DNA of 64,000 bases from Trichormus sp. ATA11-4-KO1 (GTDB lineage: Bacteria > Cyanobacteriota > Cyanobacteriia > Cyanobacteriales > Nostocaceae): NCBI GenBank assembly GCA_019358915.1, contig JAHHIM010000021.1:13214-77213 (forward strand). The letters are read 5' to 3'. Numbering within the stretch: the first letter of the stretch is position 1; every line of letters starts with the position of its first letter. The notes beneath the pieces were generated by a model, which saw only the letters and a program-made list of their open reading frames with translations, did not search any database and was not told the DNA's origin. Position numbers and translations under genes: made by a program. This document shows, in pieces, positions 62,920-64,000 of the stretch.

Positions 62920-63798
62920 TTATATATCCTTTTCACCCATCCTCATACTCAAATCCAACCACTTTGACTGAGTAATCGGTGCACTACTAGATATATAGTC
63001 AACGCCAGTTTCCGCCACAGTACGAATAGTTTCTAAAGTCACATTCCCTGAAGCTTCAATCTTTACCCGACTATTCTGCTGGCGAATCAACTGCACCGCC
63101 GCTTGCATCATCTCAATAGGCATATTATCCAACATAATAAGATCAGCTTTATGCTGTAACGCTTCTTGCACCTGCTCTAAACTTTCCGTCTCTACCTCAA
63201 TTGTCAGAGGATAAGGTATTTGGAAACGAATTCGGGTAATAGCTTCGGCAATTCCTCTAGCCGCCGCGATGTGATTATCCTTTATCATCACTGCATCATC
63301 CAAACCCATCCGGTGATTAATCGCCCCACCTACCGCAGTCGCATACTTCTCCAACAATCTTAGCCCTGGTGTAGTCTTGCGCGTATCCACTAACTGAGCA
63401 GGTAAATCAGCAATTTGCTCTACATATATATGAGTAAGCGTAGCAATCCCACTCAAACGCATAGCCAAGTTGAGCGCCACCCGTTCCCCCATCAGCAGCG
63501 CATCCAGGGAACCGTTAATTTCCGCTATTACTTGTCCTGTCTCACACCTTGTACCTTCAGCCGCAACAGCTATAAAACTAACTTTTTCATTTAAAAGCTG
63601 AAACACCCTAGCTGCAACCGGTAAGCCAGCAATTATCCCTGTTGCTTTAGCAACCCATTGAGCTGTTCCTAGGGTAATATCTTCTACTAATAGGCTATTT
63701 GTAGTGCGATCGCCCCGACCAATATCTTCCAACAACCAATTACGCAGCAAGGGATCTAAAACTAGCCAAGGCGGCAAAACACCAAACTTACTCACCAC
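62920..63798 (-). CDS. nadC: nicotinate-nucleotide diphosphorylase (carboxylating)
   Basis: DTRKTTPGLR, NHRMGL, IKDNH, EVE, MLDN, EASGN. Confidence 0.97.
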   Translation of the reverse strand: MVSKFGVLPPWLVLDPLLRNWLLEDIGRGDRTTNSLLVEDITLGTAQWVAKATGIIAGLPVAARVFQLLNEKVSFIAVAAEGTRCETGQVIAEINGSLDALLMGERVALNLAMRLSGIATLTHIYVEQIADLPAQLVDTRKTTPGLRLLEKYATAVGGAINHRMGLDDAVMIKDNHIAAARGIAEAITRIRFQIPYPLTIEVETESLEQVQEALQHKADLIMLDNMPIEMMQAAVQLIRQQNSRVKIEASGNVTLETIRTVAETGVDYISSSAPITQSKWLDLSMRMGEKDI

Positions 63799-63905
63799 TT
63801 AAATTAGTCTCTTAGTGAATTTCAGGAATACTATAGCCTAAAACTCTTACCAGATAGGACTTTTATTAGACGCAAAAAATTTTCCAAGAAGAGTGGAAAA
63901 AGTAG

Positions 63906-64000
63906 TTGACAAAGTCATGAGCACTCGATATATTAGATAAGTGCCTGAGATGCGAGCGCGAGAGAGCGGCGCCCAAAGGACACCGAACCTTGAAAATATT
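63906..64000 (+). promoter_or_regulatory. strong sigma-70 promoter and boxA-like leader, probably the start of an rRNA operon beyond the window
   Basis: TTGACA (63906-63911), 17-bp spacer, TATATT (63929-63934); GC-rich stretch, then GAACCTTGAAAA. Confidence 0.7.

Overview
Chromosomal window from a heterocyst-forming cyanobacterium (Nostocales-type). Evidence: frequent HIP1 octamers GCGATCGC, heptamer STRR-type repeats, and an ntcA gene in its usual fabI/ntcA/DUF3084/yqgF/DUF3146 neighbourhood. Most of it is housekeeping (tpiA, folP, hisB, fabI, ntcA, pyrG, def, ppk1, argS, nadC), and it ends at what looks like an rRNA-operon promoter. The most striking accessory locus is a co-oriented minus-strand cluster at 36.3-44.8 kb that looks like a complete chaperone-usher pilus system: a PPC/ELWxxDGT putative adhesin, a major pilin-like subunit, a second subunit, a PapD-like chaperone and a 1000-aa usher-like protein. 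Several loci show decay: a frameshifted TonB-dependent receptor, an rppA/rppB pair fused by a deletion, an internally deleted HicA toxin, and an HMA2/DUF5132 cluster with no P-type ATPase. Other points of interest are a PD-(D/E)xK nuclease-TPR fusion, a small secreted CxCxxC protein behind a perfect NtcA box, a recurring 7-2-7 upstream motif, and several MITE/REP-like elements. All family calls come from motif recognition by eye; no database searches were run.
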